Shown here piece after piece: positions 29,374 through 38,993 of a stretch of 64,000 nucleotides of DNA (within the stretch, counting starts at the first letter, position 1; the number at the start of each line of letters is the position of its first letter). Source of the stretch: Candidatus Hydrogenedentota bacterium (lineage in GTDB: Bacteria > Hydrogenedentota > Hydrogenedentia > Hydrogenedentales > SLHB01). The stretch is taken from contig CAVUWV010000026.1 in assembly GCA_963745075.1 (NCBI GenBank), positions 16,023-80,022 of the forward strand, written 5' to 3'. The notes beneath the pieces were generated by a model. It worked only from the letters and a program-made list of their open reading frames with translations. It searched no databases and was not told where the DNA came from. A program made the position numbers and the translations under genes.

Positions 29374-30618
29374 GCTTCCAGACTGATCCCTTCAAAACGG
29401 CGCATCAGGTTGGCGGTTTCCTGGAGACGGTCGCCATCCCAGAGCGTTGCATGGACCGTTGCACCCGGGTAACCGCACCCTTCCAGACGGGAGGCGAGGC
29501 CGGCGGACGACTCCTCGACCGCGCGAACAACGTTAACGTCCGTAGCGCGAATCCAACACTGGCAGGCGCCGTGCACCATATTGAGCGATATCCAGAGATC
29601 GCCGAGATTCGTTGTCGACAGATCCAGGACAATCGTCGAGTTCGCGGGATCGAAGCGGCGGCCCTTTCCCCCGCCTTCACCGAAAATGTGAATCTGCGCT
29701 TGCCCGATTTGCGCGTTTGGATCGAAGGGCACCTCGAAAAAGTGGTAGGGCATTTCCGCCGACCGCAGGTTCTGCAGGTGTCCCGCAGCGAATCGATCGA
29801 TGGTCCGATCGACGGCGTGTTCAAAATCTGCCAAACGACCGGAACGCCGCAGAAACGACGTCAACGCGTCATCCGATCGAAGACGTTGCAACTGCACGGC
29901 TATATCCTGGTCCAGTTCGCCAAGAAACACGTCGAGCTTCCCGGCGGCAATGGCGGACGCGAGGCGCGCTTCCAGCGGTTTGCCGGCGTGGTCTGCGAGC
30001 CGCTGCAGCAGCGGCGCGGAATCGACATCCGCGTCGGACGCCGCCAACCGCAAAAACGCCGCCACAGCGGAGGCATCGCGCTCGGTCAATACACCCGCAT
30101 CAACCGCCTGCCGGACCACCGTCGCGATGTGCTGCAGATCGATCCCCGTCGCGCCGCGGTGCAAATAGAGGGTTAACACCTGTCGAATCGCTTGCTCGCT
30201 CCGCGGGAGATCTCGCGGAAGCAGGTGCACGGCTTGCCGAATCACGTCGAGCCGATTCAGGGATTCCAGGAACGTCGGTCAAGATAACAGGAAGTTGCGT
30301 GGCGGGTGTTGCGCCCTGGGTGGCGGCTGTCTGCGTCGGAGGCGCCGGGGTGGGTAACGGGGTCAGGCGCAGGCGAGGCCCCGCGTCCGTACGAATGAGT
30401 TCCGCGCTGACACGGGTGCCCGGAGTCAGCTCGGCCACGGGTTCAATAGGCGATTCAGCGCCGCCAATGCGAAGCAGTAGCCCCTGCTCGTTTTCCTGAA
30501 TGGTGCCCTCGGCCACCTGGCCGGGCCGGAGCGCCGCGATAATACCGGTTTGGCCGAACACGGCAACCGTGAAAGGTGCTATGGGTGGGACACCGCCGAG
30601 GCCTGCCAATTCAATCAC
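29370..30618 (-). CDS. FliK-like flagellar hook-length control protein, one apparent frameshift (~30270)
   Basis: Two ORFs join as ILTDV/LESLNRLDVIRQ; C-terminal IVLDLSTTNLGDLWISL resembles the FliK T3S4 domain; adjacent to the FlhB-like gene. Confidence 0.7.
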
Positions 30619-31480
30619 TCCTGTTCTTACGCAGGCTCAGAATCAGCCGTACCTCCCCCTTACCGATACCCATCTCCTGTGCGATCTGCGCAACGGTCAT
30701 CCCCGCATCGTTGTATTCATAAACGCTGGTGTGCATCGGCGGTACCGTTTTTCCGTTTCCTCCGTGAGAGCCAGGCGCTCCGGCCGACGTCTTGTTGACG
30801 GCCGGACCGTTTCCCGGAGGTTTCTCGGGATTCAGGTTGAGCAATGCGCGAAAGGCTTCCCGCGCGGCCTCGGCGTCTTCGGGCGCTTCAGGCGGTGTCT
30901 CCGGTATGTCAAAGGCCAAGGGGTCGGGTTCGTCTCCCCCAAAATCGAGGCCCACCCACGATTCAATCACATCGTCTTCACCCGGCAACTCTTTGGGCAA
31001 CGCCAACAATTGCAACGCCGGTCGTTCTAATTCCTGACGTGCTTCGTTTTCCACGACGGTCAAGTGTGGTGCCCTCTTTGAACTCTCGGGAGAAACCGCG
31101 TCCGGATGGCTAACACCGTGCGCAGCCGAACCTTGCACCGGACCGGCCGGAACGTGCTGTGCCAAGGTGGCGGCTTGCCGAATCCCGGTCCGCAGGTTTT
31201 CCAAATCCTTCAACGCTTCATCGACCGACTCACGGATAAACTTAACCTTCTTGTCCAGACTGGCGTTGAGTTGGCGGGCGAGTTGCTTCTGCTGGTCGAG
31301 GATGTCGCGCATGGTCTGGAGCAGAATCATCATGTTTGCGAGATCGTCGCGGGATTGCTTGAGGGTGCGCGACCGACCCACGTATTCGCGCCGGAAGATG
31401 TACATGAAGAGCAGGATCACCACGCCGAGGAGGACTAGCCAACCCGCTGCAAAAAGGCTATTTTGCAGGTTCTCTACCAT
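30611..31480 (-). CDS. Flagellar-cluster membrane-anchored coiled-coil protein with C-terminal HTH-like motif
   Basis: N-terminal TM; C-terminal GMTVAQIAQEMGIGKGEVRLILSL. Confidence 0.7.
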   Translation of the reverse strand: MVENLQNSLFAAGWLVLLGVVILLFMYIFRREYVGRSRTLKQSRDDLANMMILLQTMRDILDQQKQLARQLNASLDKKVKFIRESVDEALKDLENLRTGIRQAATLAQHVPAGPVQGSAAHGVSHPDAVSPESSKRAPHLTVVENEARQELERPALQLLALPKELPGEDDVIESWVGLDFGGDEPDPLAFDIPETPPEAPEDAEAAREAFRALLNLNPEKPPGNGPAVNKTSAGAPGSHGGNGKTVPPMHTSVYEYNDAGMTVAQIAQEMGIGKGEVRLILSLRKNRSD

Positions 31481-31549
31481 GATCTCTCGATAACCGATAG
31501 GCCTTCGGACGCACTGCCCCACCGTGCGCCCCATTACGCTGGATTCCTG

Positions 31550-31885
31550 CTAAATCGTGACGTCCAGCTTGTGTTCTTCCGTTCCTTCGGCGATTACGCG
31601 AAGGTCACCGGCTTTCGGCTTCGTCTCGTGTTCCGCGCCGTCGCCCTTCTTCCCCTTCTTGCGTCGCCCCACGTACGGATTCCTGCGGCGGCCGTTCGCG
31701 TCGACCTGTTCGTTCTCGGTCTCATCCGTCTGTTGCACCTGAGTTTCCACGGACACACGAGACTCTTCCATGTCGTTCGCGACACGTTGCTGCGCGGCCA
31801 AGGAGGCCCGATCCGCCGTCTGTTGAATACGTTCGGCAGCCGTCACCCGGGCAAGCTCGGTTTGCAAATCGACGGGTTGTGGCAT
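31550..31885 (-). CDS. Conserved-looking flagellar-cluster hypothetical protein
   Basis: MPQPVDLQT...HKLDVTI; start overlaps the fliA stop; RBS AGGAGG. Confidence 0.7.
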   Translation of the reverse strand: MPQPVDLQTELARVTAAERIQQTADRASLAAQQRVANDMEESRVSVETQVQQTDETENEQVDANGRRRNPYVGRRKKGKKGDGAEHETKPKAGDLRVIAEGTEEHKLDVTI

Positions 31886-32637
31886 CAGCCACCTCCTTGC
31901 ACGGCCTTTCGCAATGTTTTCATGGCCGCGCTGTGGATTTGGCACACGCGCGATTCCGTTACTTCAAGAACCGCGCCGATCTCCTTCAGCGTCAATTCCT
32001 CGAAGTAATATAAGTTTAGCACTTTTTGCTGCCGATCCGGTAACCGCAGAATGGCTTTCGCGATCCGATCCTGGCGTTCCTTCTCGAGAACCGCCACGTT
32101 CGCTTGGGCCGCCCGTTCGTCGACGGTGACGTCCAGCTTCCGCCCTTCGCCGTTGTCGTCGGTCGGCAAATAATCTTGCAAGGAAAGGACTTGTGCGGTC
32201 TGAAGCTGCGCCACCGTATCGTCGACATGTTCCTCGGTCGTGCCCAACCGCTCGGCGATGTCCATGGTGGAAGGTTCGCGGCCCTGCTCGTGGCGCAATT
32301 GGTCGCGCGCACCAGCCACTTTGCGGGCCATGGCCCGCAACGACCGCGGCGCCCAATCGAGGGAGCGGATCTCATCCAGAATGGCGCCGCGAACGCGAAT
32401 GGATGCGTAGGTGGTGAATTTGATGTCTTGTTTGTGATCGTACTTCTCGACCGCGTCCATCAGCCCCAGGACGCCCCACCCCACCAAATCGTCCATGTCG
32501 ATGCTGGACGGCACATGGATCGCCATCCGGCCCGCGATGTACTTGACGATTCGCATGTGCCGGATGATTAATGCCTCGCGTGCGTCAAGGTCGCCCCGTT
32601 CCTTCCAGCGCGCCCAGAGTGCCTTTTCATCCGCCAT
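31885..32637 (-). CDS. fliA: Flagellar sigma factor sigma28
   Basis: DDLVGWGVLGLMDAVEKYD, RVRGAILDEIRSLDWAPRS, LYYFEELTLKEIGAVLEVTESRVCQIH. Confidence 0.95.
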   Translation of the reverse strand: MADEKALWARWKERGDLDAREALIIRHMRIVKYIAGRMAIHVPSSIDMDDLVGWGVLGLMDAVEKYDHKQDIKFTTYASIRVRGAILDEIRSLDWAPRSLRAMARKVAGARDQLRHEQGREPSTMDIAERLGTTEEHVDDTVAQLQTAQVLSLQDYLPTDDNGEGRKLDVTVDERAAQANVAVLEKERQDRIAKAILRLPDRQQKVLNLYYFEELTLKEIGAVLEVTESRVCQIHSAAMKTLRKAVQGGG

Positions 32638-32667
32638 GGTCGAGAAAATCCCTGGAGCAGTCCACCG

Positions 32668-33633
32668 CTACCGCAGGCTTTCAATTCGTTCGCGAGGGCT
32701 GACGATTTCTGTGATGCGCAGGCCAAACTTCTCGTCGACCACCACCACGTCGCCGCGCGCGATGAGCTTGTCGTTGACGAGCAGTTCGACCGGTTCGTCG
32801 ACCAGATGACCAACCTCGATAATCGAACCGGGACCCAATGAGAGGATCTCGGCGATGGGCATCTCGACCCGTCCCAAACGGGCAGTCGCCACGAGACGGA
32901 TATCCAGCACCATATCGAGATTCTTCGCGAGCGGTTCTCTCGAAATGGGCTCCGGCGGGCGACTGGATGGCGCCGACTCGGATTCGTGCCCTTCCGAGTT
33001 CTCATTTAGAATCTCGTTTATATCATCTGGACTAAGGGACTCACCCACGCCAGTTCCTCCCGTTTCCGATTTGGCCGACGCAACTACGCCGACCGGAATC
33101 ACGTCTTCAAAACGGCTGGAGAACGCGACAACACCGCGTTTTCCCGCAACAGGACCGACGACCAACGTGAACGGGGCGGCGATTCCGTCCGCTCCTACTA
33201 TCGCTTCCAACGCCGATTGGGTTGTTTTGCCGGAATCGGTGGAAACGTCCACGCTGTCAATCGTCAAAACCTGGCCGTACTTCTCCTTAAAGTGACTGAC
33301 GCCGCCGCCCATACACGGTTCGAATACCTCGCGCAGCGACGCCGCATCCGCTTGTTGTACTGTCTCCCATGTCGCGGCTTCGTCACCTGTCGCCGCTCCG
33401 AAGACCGCCGCGGCGCCGTCACCAGGCAACATAACCACAATTGCACCGCCCTCTGCAATCGGGCTGCACATTAGGAGATCGCAATCCGCCGCAGCGCCAC
33501 GTGACTCCAACTGCTCAAGCGAAACCGGCGCATCGGGTGAGGCCGTTGCCGTACCGCCCGTAAGCGCCGATACCACGTCAAAAAAACCGGTCACGTATCC
33601 GCGAGCGAAAATATCGGCGGCGACATCGTTCAT
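32668..33633 (-). CDS. fliN: Flagellar switch protein FliN (FliY-like N-terminal extension)
   Basis: C-terminal NLDMVLDI...LGPGSIIE...IARGDVVVVDEKFGLRITEI. Confidence 0.88.
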   Translation of the reverse strand: MNDVAADIFARGYVTGFFDVVSALTGGTATASPDAPVSLEQLESRGAAADCDLLMCSPIAEGGAIVVMLPGDGAAAVFGAATGDEAATWETVQQADAASLREVFEPCMGGGVSHFKEKYGQVLTIDSVDVSTDSGKTTQSALEAIVGADGIAAPFTLVVGPVAGKRGVVAFSSRFEDVIPVGVVASAKSETGGTGVGESLSPDDINEILNENSEGHESESAPSSRPPEPISREPLAKNLDMVLDIRLVATARLGRVEMPIAEILSLGPGSIIEVGHLVDEPVELLVNDKLIARGDVVVVDEKFGLRITEIVSPRERIESLR

Positions 33634-33647
33634 CCGTTCCCCAATTC

Positions 33648-34634
33648 TCAGTCGTCTACGGTCGGCTCAAGCAACTGAATGGCGCTTAGCTCGCCCCGCT
33701 TCCCGCAAGAGGCCTTGAAACGCGGAATTCCCCCAATTTCGATATTGATGGGAGATTTGACGTCGGAATCCAACTGGATAACATCACCAACTTGCAGGTT
33801 GATCACGTCTTCGAGCGGCAGTTGCGCCCGTCCGAGGATTGAATCCACCGGAACTTGGGCACGGCGGATGGCCCGCATGATTTGCGTGCGTGTCCGATCG
33901 GCCATTTCAATCGACATGCGACGAATGAATTTCGTTTGTTGCGATATCTGGTCGAGAATGGGGTTCAGCACCATGAGCGGAATGCACATGTTCATGGAAC
34001 CGACCGTTTCGACAATGTGAATCTCGTACGCCACGAGGATCACCATTTCGCTGCCGGCGACGATCTGTACGATGAGCGGATCGCTCTCCTGGTGAACCAC
34101 GCTCAGTTTGAATTCGATGAGTTGTTCCCAGGAACGTTTGAGACTTTCGAGTATCATCAGCATAATGCGATGAACGATGCGGTTCTCGATCTCGGTCAAC
34201 TCCCGGGGCTTGCCCATGCCCACGCCTTTGCCGCCCAGAATTCGATCGACGACCGGAAAGACGACGCTGGGGCTCAGGTCGATAACGGCGTTGCCTTCCA
34301 GCGGGGCCATATTAATCACCGACATAGACGTGGGCCGGGAAACGGAAAGAATAAACTCGTCGTAGGTGAGTTGATCGATGGACACCAGATCCACCCGCAC
34401 GACGGTCCGCAGGAAGGGCGGCAGCGCGATACTGAGTTCGCGCGCGAAGGCCTCGAAGAGGCTTTGAAGGCCCTTAAGTTGCTCCTTGGAAACACGTTCG
34501 GGACGGCGGAAGTCATAGTGCATCATGTCCCGGGTTTCGGCCCGTTCCACGACCTCATCGGGAACTTCCACCTCACCTTTGGACACGGCGCTCAGGAGGA
34601 GATCGACTTCATCCTGACTTAGAATGTCCGCCAT
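33648..34634 (-). CDS. fliM: Flagellar switch protein FliM
   Basis: MADILSQDEVDLLL, YDFRRPERVSKEQL, RELTEIE. Confidence 0.95.
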   Translation of the reverse strand: MADILSQDEVDLLLSAVSKGEVEVPDEVVERAETRDMMHYDFRRPERVSKEQLKGLQSLFEAFARELSIALPPFLRTVVRVDLVSIDQLTYDEFILSVSRPTSMSVINMAPLEGNAVIDLSPSVVFPVVDRILGGKGVGMGKPRELTEIENRIVHRIMLMILESLKRSWEQLIEFKLSVVHQESDPLIVQIVAGSEMVILVAYEIHIVETVGSMNMCIPLMVLNPILDQISQQTKFIRRMSIEMADRTRTQIMRAIRRAQVPVDSILGRAQLPLEDVINLQVGDVIQLDSDVKSPINIEIGGIPRFKASCGKRGELSAIQLLEPTVDD

Positions 34635-35124
34635 AACCGCTCGCTCTCCGTTCCGATGATCCCAGTTGCGCGAGTATAGCACGGCCATTGTAAGTCCGCA
34701 AGGGACCGGCACATCTAACACTAGAAAAAGTAACCAGATACGGCTTCTGCCCCGGCGGACGCCCCGTGCCAATGCTGCCCAATTCCACTCAAAAAGGAAC
34801 TTCGTGCGCATACAGGGAATATATGTACATGGAAGGGCCGAAAAACTCGCCGGACGGTACAAGGCGAGTATGTGTCATCCGAACCGTCGGCAGGGACGTT
34901 CGTTCCAATAGAAGGGTGACAGTGCAACAACGGAAGAAGGCGATCCCCTACCGTCTTCTTCCTCTTTCCGGCGCGCGGGTACACCCCCTCTACCCCAGAC
35001 CCCAGCCCGCGCGCCGGCCTCCTTTTTCAGGTTCATCTCCGAAGAATGGTGTCACTCGGTGCTCGCACACAACGACACTCGCGCACCGGACTTCCGCCTC
35101 CGCCGATTGGAGATACACTCTTTC

Positions 35125-35952
35125 TCAATGACCGGCAATGCGGTTCAACGCGCGCCGGGCAACCAGTGCGGGGCGCGACTCGAGATGCCGCAGGAGATCC
35201 AATTGCCCCCTAACCTTGCGGCAAAAGGTGTCCAAGGTATCGGTGCGGTCGATCCAGATTCGGCGCAACTCCCACGGGGCAAGCCGTTCTGCAACGTTTA
35301 CCCCGTACCGGTTCGAGCAGGCATAGGAAAATCCCGTTTCCCGCACAATTCGCACGGAGCGTTCGTCATAATCGAGCGCGCTGCCGAAGGGGTAGGCAAA
35401 CGCCTCGATGGGATGGTTCAGTTGTTCGGCCAACATCGCGGCGCACCCCGCAATTTCTTCGCGTTGCTGCGATTCCATCAACCGAGACAACCGCGGATGG
35501 GACAGGGTGTGGGCGCCAATGGCTATCCCCATGGATTCAAGGACGCGGATTTCGTCCCACGACATCAGCCGGGCGGGTTCGTGGCGGCTGTCATGATCGA
35601 GGAATTCTCCGGCCCGTCCAGCGACGATGAAGACGGTTGCGGGCATGCCAAACTCTCGCAACACCGGTGCAGCCTGGGTCAGATTGTCCCGGTACCCGTC
35701 GTCGAATGTGAGTGCAACGCCAGGTGTACCGCGGGCGGCGTCGGCCAGGGAAACGACGTTGGCGTGCTCCCGAAGCCAGGCCATTTGTTCGCGAAAGGCT
35801 CTTGGTGTGACGTTCATTTCGTGATCGCGTTCGCCCACGCTGTGGTAGGTGAGAATCCGAGCGCATGGCCGGGAGTGAGGGACAAAAACTCCCACCGCGC
35901 CAGCGGCCCTTTTCACCGCGTGCTTCACGGCATGCTTTACTGTGCCGCTCAT
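35125..35952 (-). CDS. Polysaccharide deacetylase (CE4)
   Basis: ILTYHSV, ALTFDDGY, IGAHTLSHPRL, FAYPFG; ATGA overlap with the upstream GT2. Confidence 0.92.
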   Translation of the reverse strand: MSGTVKHAVKHAVKRAAGAVGVFVPHSRPCARILTYHSVGERDHEMNVTPRAFREQMAWLREHANVVSLADAARGTPGVALTFDDGYRDNLTQAAPVLREFGMPATVFIVAGRAGEFLDHDSRHEPARLMSWDEIRVLESMGIAIGAHTLSHPRLSRLMESQQREEIAGCAAMLAEQLNHPIEAFAYPFGSALDYDERSVRIVRETGFSYACSNRYGVNVAERLAPWELRRIWIDRTDTLDTFCRKVRGQLDLLRHLESRPALVARRALNRIAGH

Positions 35953-36863
35953 GCCTGTCGCGGATGGTCGGGCGCACCGGCCACTGCATCCTGCCGGGCG
36001 GTAAGGGTTCCCCAAAGATATCCGAAGGCGTAGGCCACGTAAGCCGCGAAGCGAAGAAGTTTCCCCTGCATCAGTGCCCGTATAAGCCGTACCGGAAATC
36101 GAAGCAGGCGATACATGAATGACGTGCGCGGCGTAAAGGATCGATCGCTGAGTTCTTCGTGGGTGTCGTACACGGACTCCGGCTGAAACTTGCGGGCGTA
36201 CGCCGAACCATATCCGTTACGGAAGAACATGCGAAACAGCTTGCGCCAGCCGTCGGGCAGGGGGTGATAGATCCGTGCATTCGGCGCCAGCACCACACGG
36301 TACCCGGCACTCCGAAGGCGCACCCGGAGATCGGGATCCAATCCCCGGATAATGTCTTCGCGTTCGCGGCCTACGGCGTTAAAGACCTCCGTTCGCATGG
36401 CGCAACACCCGTGACAGGCCAAATCGCTGTCGACGACGGTGTCCACGACGGGTGTGTTGAACCGGGGGAACTGCAACGCGGCGCGCCGTTGAAAAGCGTT
36501 CGCTTCGGGCGGCACCACGATGCTCGCGCCCGCCATACCGATGGACCGATCTTTGTCGAGGACGCTCACGAGGGTTTGAAACACGGTCTCGTCCGCGAGT
36601 CGGCTGTCGTCGTCCAGGATCAGCAGGATTTCGCCTCGTGCTTCCTGAGCACCTTGGTTGATGGCCTTCCCTTGAGGCGAAACTCCTTTGATGAGGTTCA
36701 CTTCAAAATCCCGGAAGGTTTGCCGTTCCACGCTTTCAAGGAGTCGCGGTACACAGCCGCCCCGGTGTCCGTCCCAAGTTGGAATGAGCACGGTAAGACG
36801 GGGTGGGCGGCCATTACTGGTATCACTTGTCATCGTTGCGGAGTATACGGCGTCGAAGATCAT
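35949..36863 (-). CDS. Glycosyltransferase family 2
   Basis: LTVLIPT, AINQGAQEARGEILLILDDD. Confidence 0.88.
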   Translation of the reverse strand: MIFDAVYSATMTSDTSNGRPPRLTVLIPTWDGHRGGCVPRLLESVERQTFRDFEVNLIKGVSPQGKAINQGAQEARGEILLILDDDSRLADETVFQTLVSVLDKDRSIGMAGASIVVPPEANAFQRRAALQFPRFNTPVVDTVVDSDLACHGCCAMRTEVFNAVGREREDIIRGLDPDLRVRLRSAGYRVVLAPNARIYHPLPDGWRKLFRMFFRNGYGSAYARKFQPESVYDTHEELSDRSFTPRTSFMYRLLRFPVRLIRALMQGKLLRFAAYVAYAFGYLWGTLTARQDAVAGAPDHPRQA

Positions 36864-36905
36864 CCGTTCAACGGAACGGCGGGGGCCTGTAAATGTGACC
36901 AGCCC

Positions 36906-38984
36906 TTATTCACCCGGCTGCGCCGGTACCGGCACCTGGGCGAAGTCGATATCCGCGCGATCGAGAAAAATGAAGCGACCGGTTTCCATACCGACCACGA
37001 TGCCCGGTCGATCGCCCCTACCCAACGCGGCCAACGTCGGCCCGCAGGCATGCTGTCCGAAGAACACGGGCTTCCCGCGAAAATGAATCAACTCGGGATA
37101 GGCAAAAACCGGTTCCTTATCTGAACCGGTATTGCGAAGTAGCAGCACGCCCGATCCGGGAAGTCCCAGGGCCTGTGGCAGACCGTGCTCGGGATCGGGT
37201 ACGGAACCATGACGCGGCGTTCCCACCAGAAGGTCCGTTTTCCCGTCCGCGTCCCAGTCCACGAAACTCAGCTTCAGCCGGCCGGTTCCCCCTGACTTGA
37301 GGAAATTGGCGCCGATAACGGGACCGGTGTCGAGATGAAGTTTCCCGCCATCCTCGACGTTAAAGGGATCCAGTTGCCAGTAGAGATGAAACTCGTCGTC
37401 ATCGTCGAGCGCGACGTACGCCATGCGTCCGGCGAGTTTCGCGATCGCGGGCTTCACGCGCCACGATCCATGGAGTTCCAGCCCCTCAAGGTAAATGGAG
37501 TGTGGCGCAGCCAATCGTGGATTGGCAGGCGATCCTTCATTCAAAAAGACGCGGTGTTGGGCCGTGGCGTCGCTCATGACGATGTCGTAGAGTCCATCAT
37601 CGTTCCAATCGGCCACCGTCGGGCAGGTGTAGCCCCAGCGCGCCTCCACGGGGCCCTGAATGCTGTCCGAATACCCCGGCTGCACGTGAATGATTTCACT
37701 GTTGGCTTTCAACGGCACGCCGGGCTCGAATGCTGGTTCGTGGTTATCCCCGCCGTTCCGGAAGTACAGGACGAGCCCCTCCGAATTCCCGGAGACAATG
37801 TCCAACGCTCCGTCACCATCCCAGTCCACGACATTCGGGACGAGCAGGGTGCCGCCGAAAAGGTCGGCGCCGCGCTGCAGTGCGGGCGTCGGCTTGGCGT
37901 AGACGGGTTGCCCCGAATCGGTGAAGCGCCCCAGAAACCGGTAGAAGTAGATAGCGCCTTCTCCCCCGGCAAGCAGGTTACAGGGGTGGCCCTGCGGATC
38001 TGGATACGCCACCGGCGTCGCACGCACCGTCGGATGACGTATCACGATTCCATCACCGTCAACGAGGAATCGATAGGGTTCCAACGCTGGGTTAGCGCCT
38101 TGGTTGACTTCGTAGTAATAGAAGGGCCCGAAGTGCGAGCCACCGATGATTCCCGGTTGTCCGTCAGTCCCCAAAACAACGGACGTCAAAGATTGGTAGT
38201 CTTGAAGAACGTCGCTGGGTGTAGCGCTTGCCAAGACGGGCTCCCCGTCCGGCGCATCGAGCAATCGGACGTGGTGCGTCATGTAAAGGCCCGCGTGGGA
38301 GAGTTTGCCGCGCCAGATACCGGCGCCGTCATAGGGGTCGTATCGAGGGTCGCGGCTTGACGTGAACCCCTCCATCGGCGGACCGTGGCCGGTACCGTCG
38401 TTCACATCGTAGAAGAGACGAAAGCCCGATCCGTTCCCATCCGGCAACCAGCCCACCGTTCGGGCACGCCGGGGCGTTTTGGGAACGGGTATCCGCGAGG
38501 ATTCGTGAAACGCCAGCGTTGTCCGATCGAAATTGAGCAGCACCAGCGCGTCGCCTACGATCCAGAGCGCGTGGATGTTGCCGTCCACCTCAAAGACCGT
38601 GCCGTAATTGCCGGATGGCAGGTAGTCCGGCGTCGTCACCAAAACCGGCGGATCGAAGACAGGAACGCCGTTCGCGCCCCATTCGCGCCAAGGGAAAATC
38701 ACCAGTTCCGGGTAGAACCGGCTGCCGCCGATCACAAAGAGATCGGGCATTTCCTTCCCATAAACGTGCGCAACACCGATGGGAAGGTTGTTGAGTTTTG
38801 GTGCAGCGAGTGGACCCACACCGTTGGCCCTGCCGACCTTCAAGGGTGCTCCGCTGACGGGTTCCGCTGCGTTGACCGGAGACAAGCCCAACGATACAAC
38901 CGACAAAAGGACCAACCCGCAAAGATTCCCATTTGTGAGACCGATAGATTTCACTGCGCTCTCCCCCGTGCGTTCATTTGCCAA
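36906..38984 (-). CDS. Exported FG-GAP/VCBS repeat protein
   Basis: Signal peptide; DWDGDGALDIV, DWNDDGLYDIV and DWDADGKTDLL repeats. Confidence 0.85.
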   Translation of the reverse strand: MANERTGESAVKSIGLTNGNLCGLVLLSVVSLGLSPVNAAEPVSGAPLKVGRANGVGPLAAPKLNNLPIGVAHVYGKEMPDLFVIGGSRFYPELVIFPWREWGANGVPVFDPPVLVTTPDYLPSGNYGTVFEVDGNIHALWIVGDALVLLNFDRTTLAFHESSRIPVPKTPRRARTVGWLPDGNGSGFRLFYDVNDGTGHGPPMEGFTSSRDPRYDPYDGAGIWRGKLSHAGLYMTHHVRLLDAPDGEPVLASATPSDVLQDYQSLTSVVLGTDGQPGIIGGSHFGPFYYYEVNQGANPALEPYRFLVDGDGIVIRHPTVRATPVAYPDPQGHPCNLLAGGEGAIYFYRFLGRFTDSGQPVYAKPTPALQRGADLFGGTLLVPNVVDWDGDGALDIVSGNSEGLVLYFRNGGDNHEPAFEPGVPLKANSEIIHVQPGYSDSIQGPVEARWGYTCPTVADWNDDGLYDIVMSDATAQHRVFLNEGSPANPRLAAPHSIYLEGLELHGSWRVKPAIAKLAGRMAYVALDDDDEFHLYWQLDPFNVEDGGKLHLDTGPVIGANFLKSGGTGRLKLSFVDWDADGKTDLLVGTPRHGSVPDPEHGLPQALGLPGSGVLLLRNTGSDKEPVFAYPELIHFRGKPVFFGQHACGPTLAALGRGDRPGIVVGMETGRFIFLDRADIDFAQVPVPAQPGE

Positions 38985-38993
38985 CGAACGCGA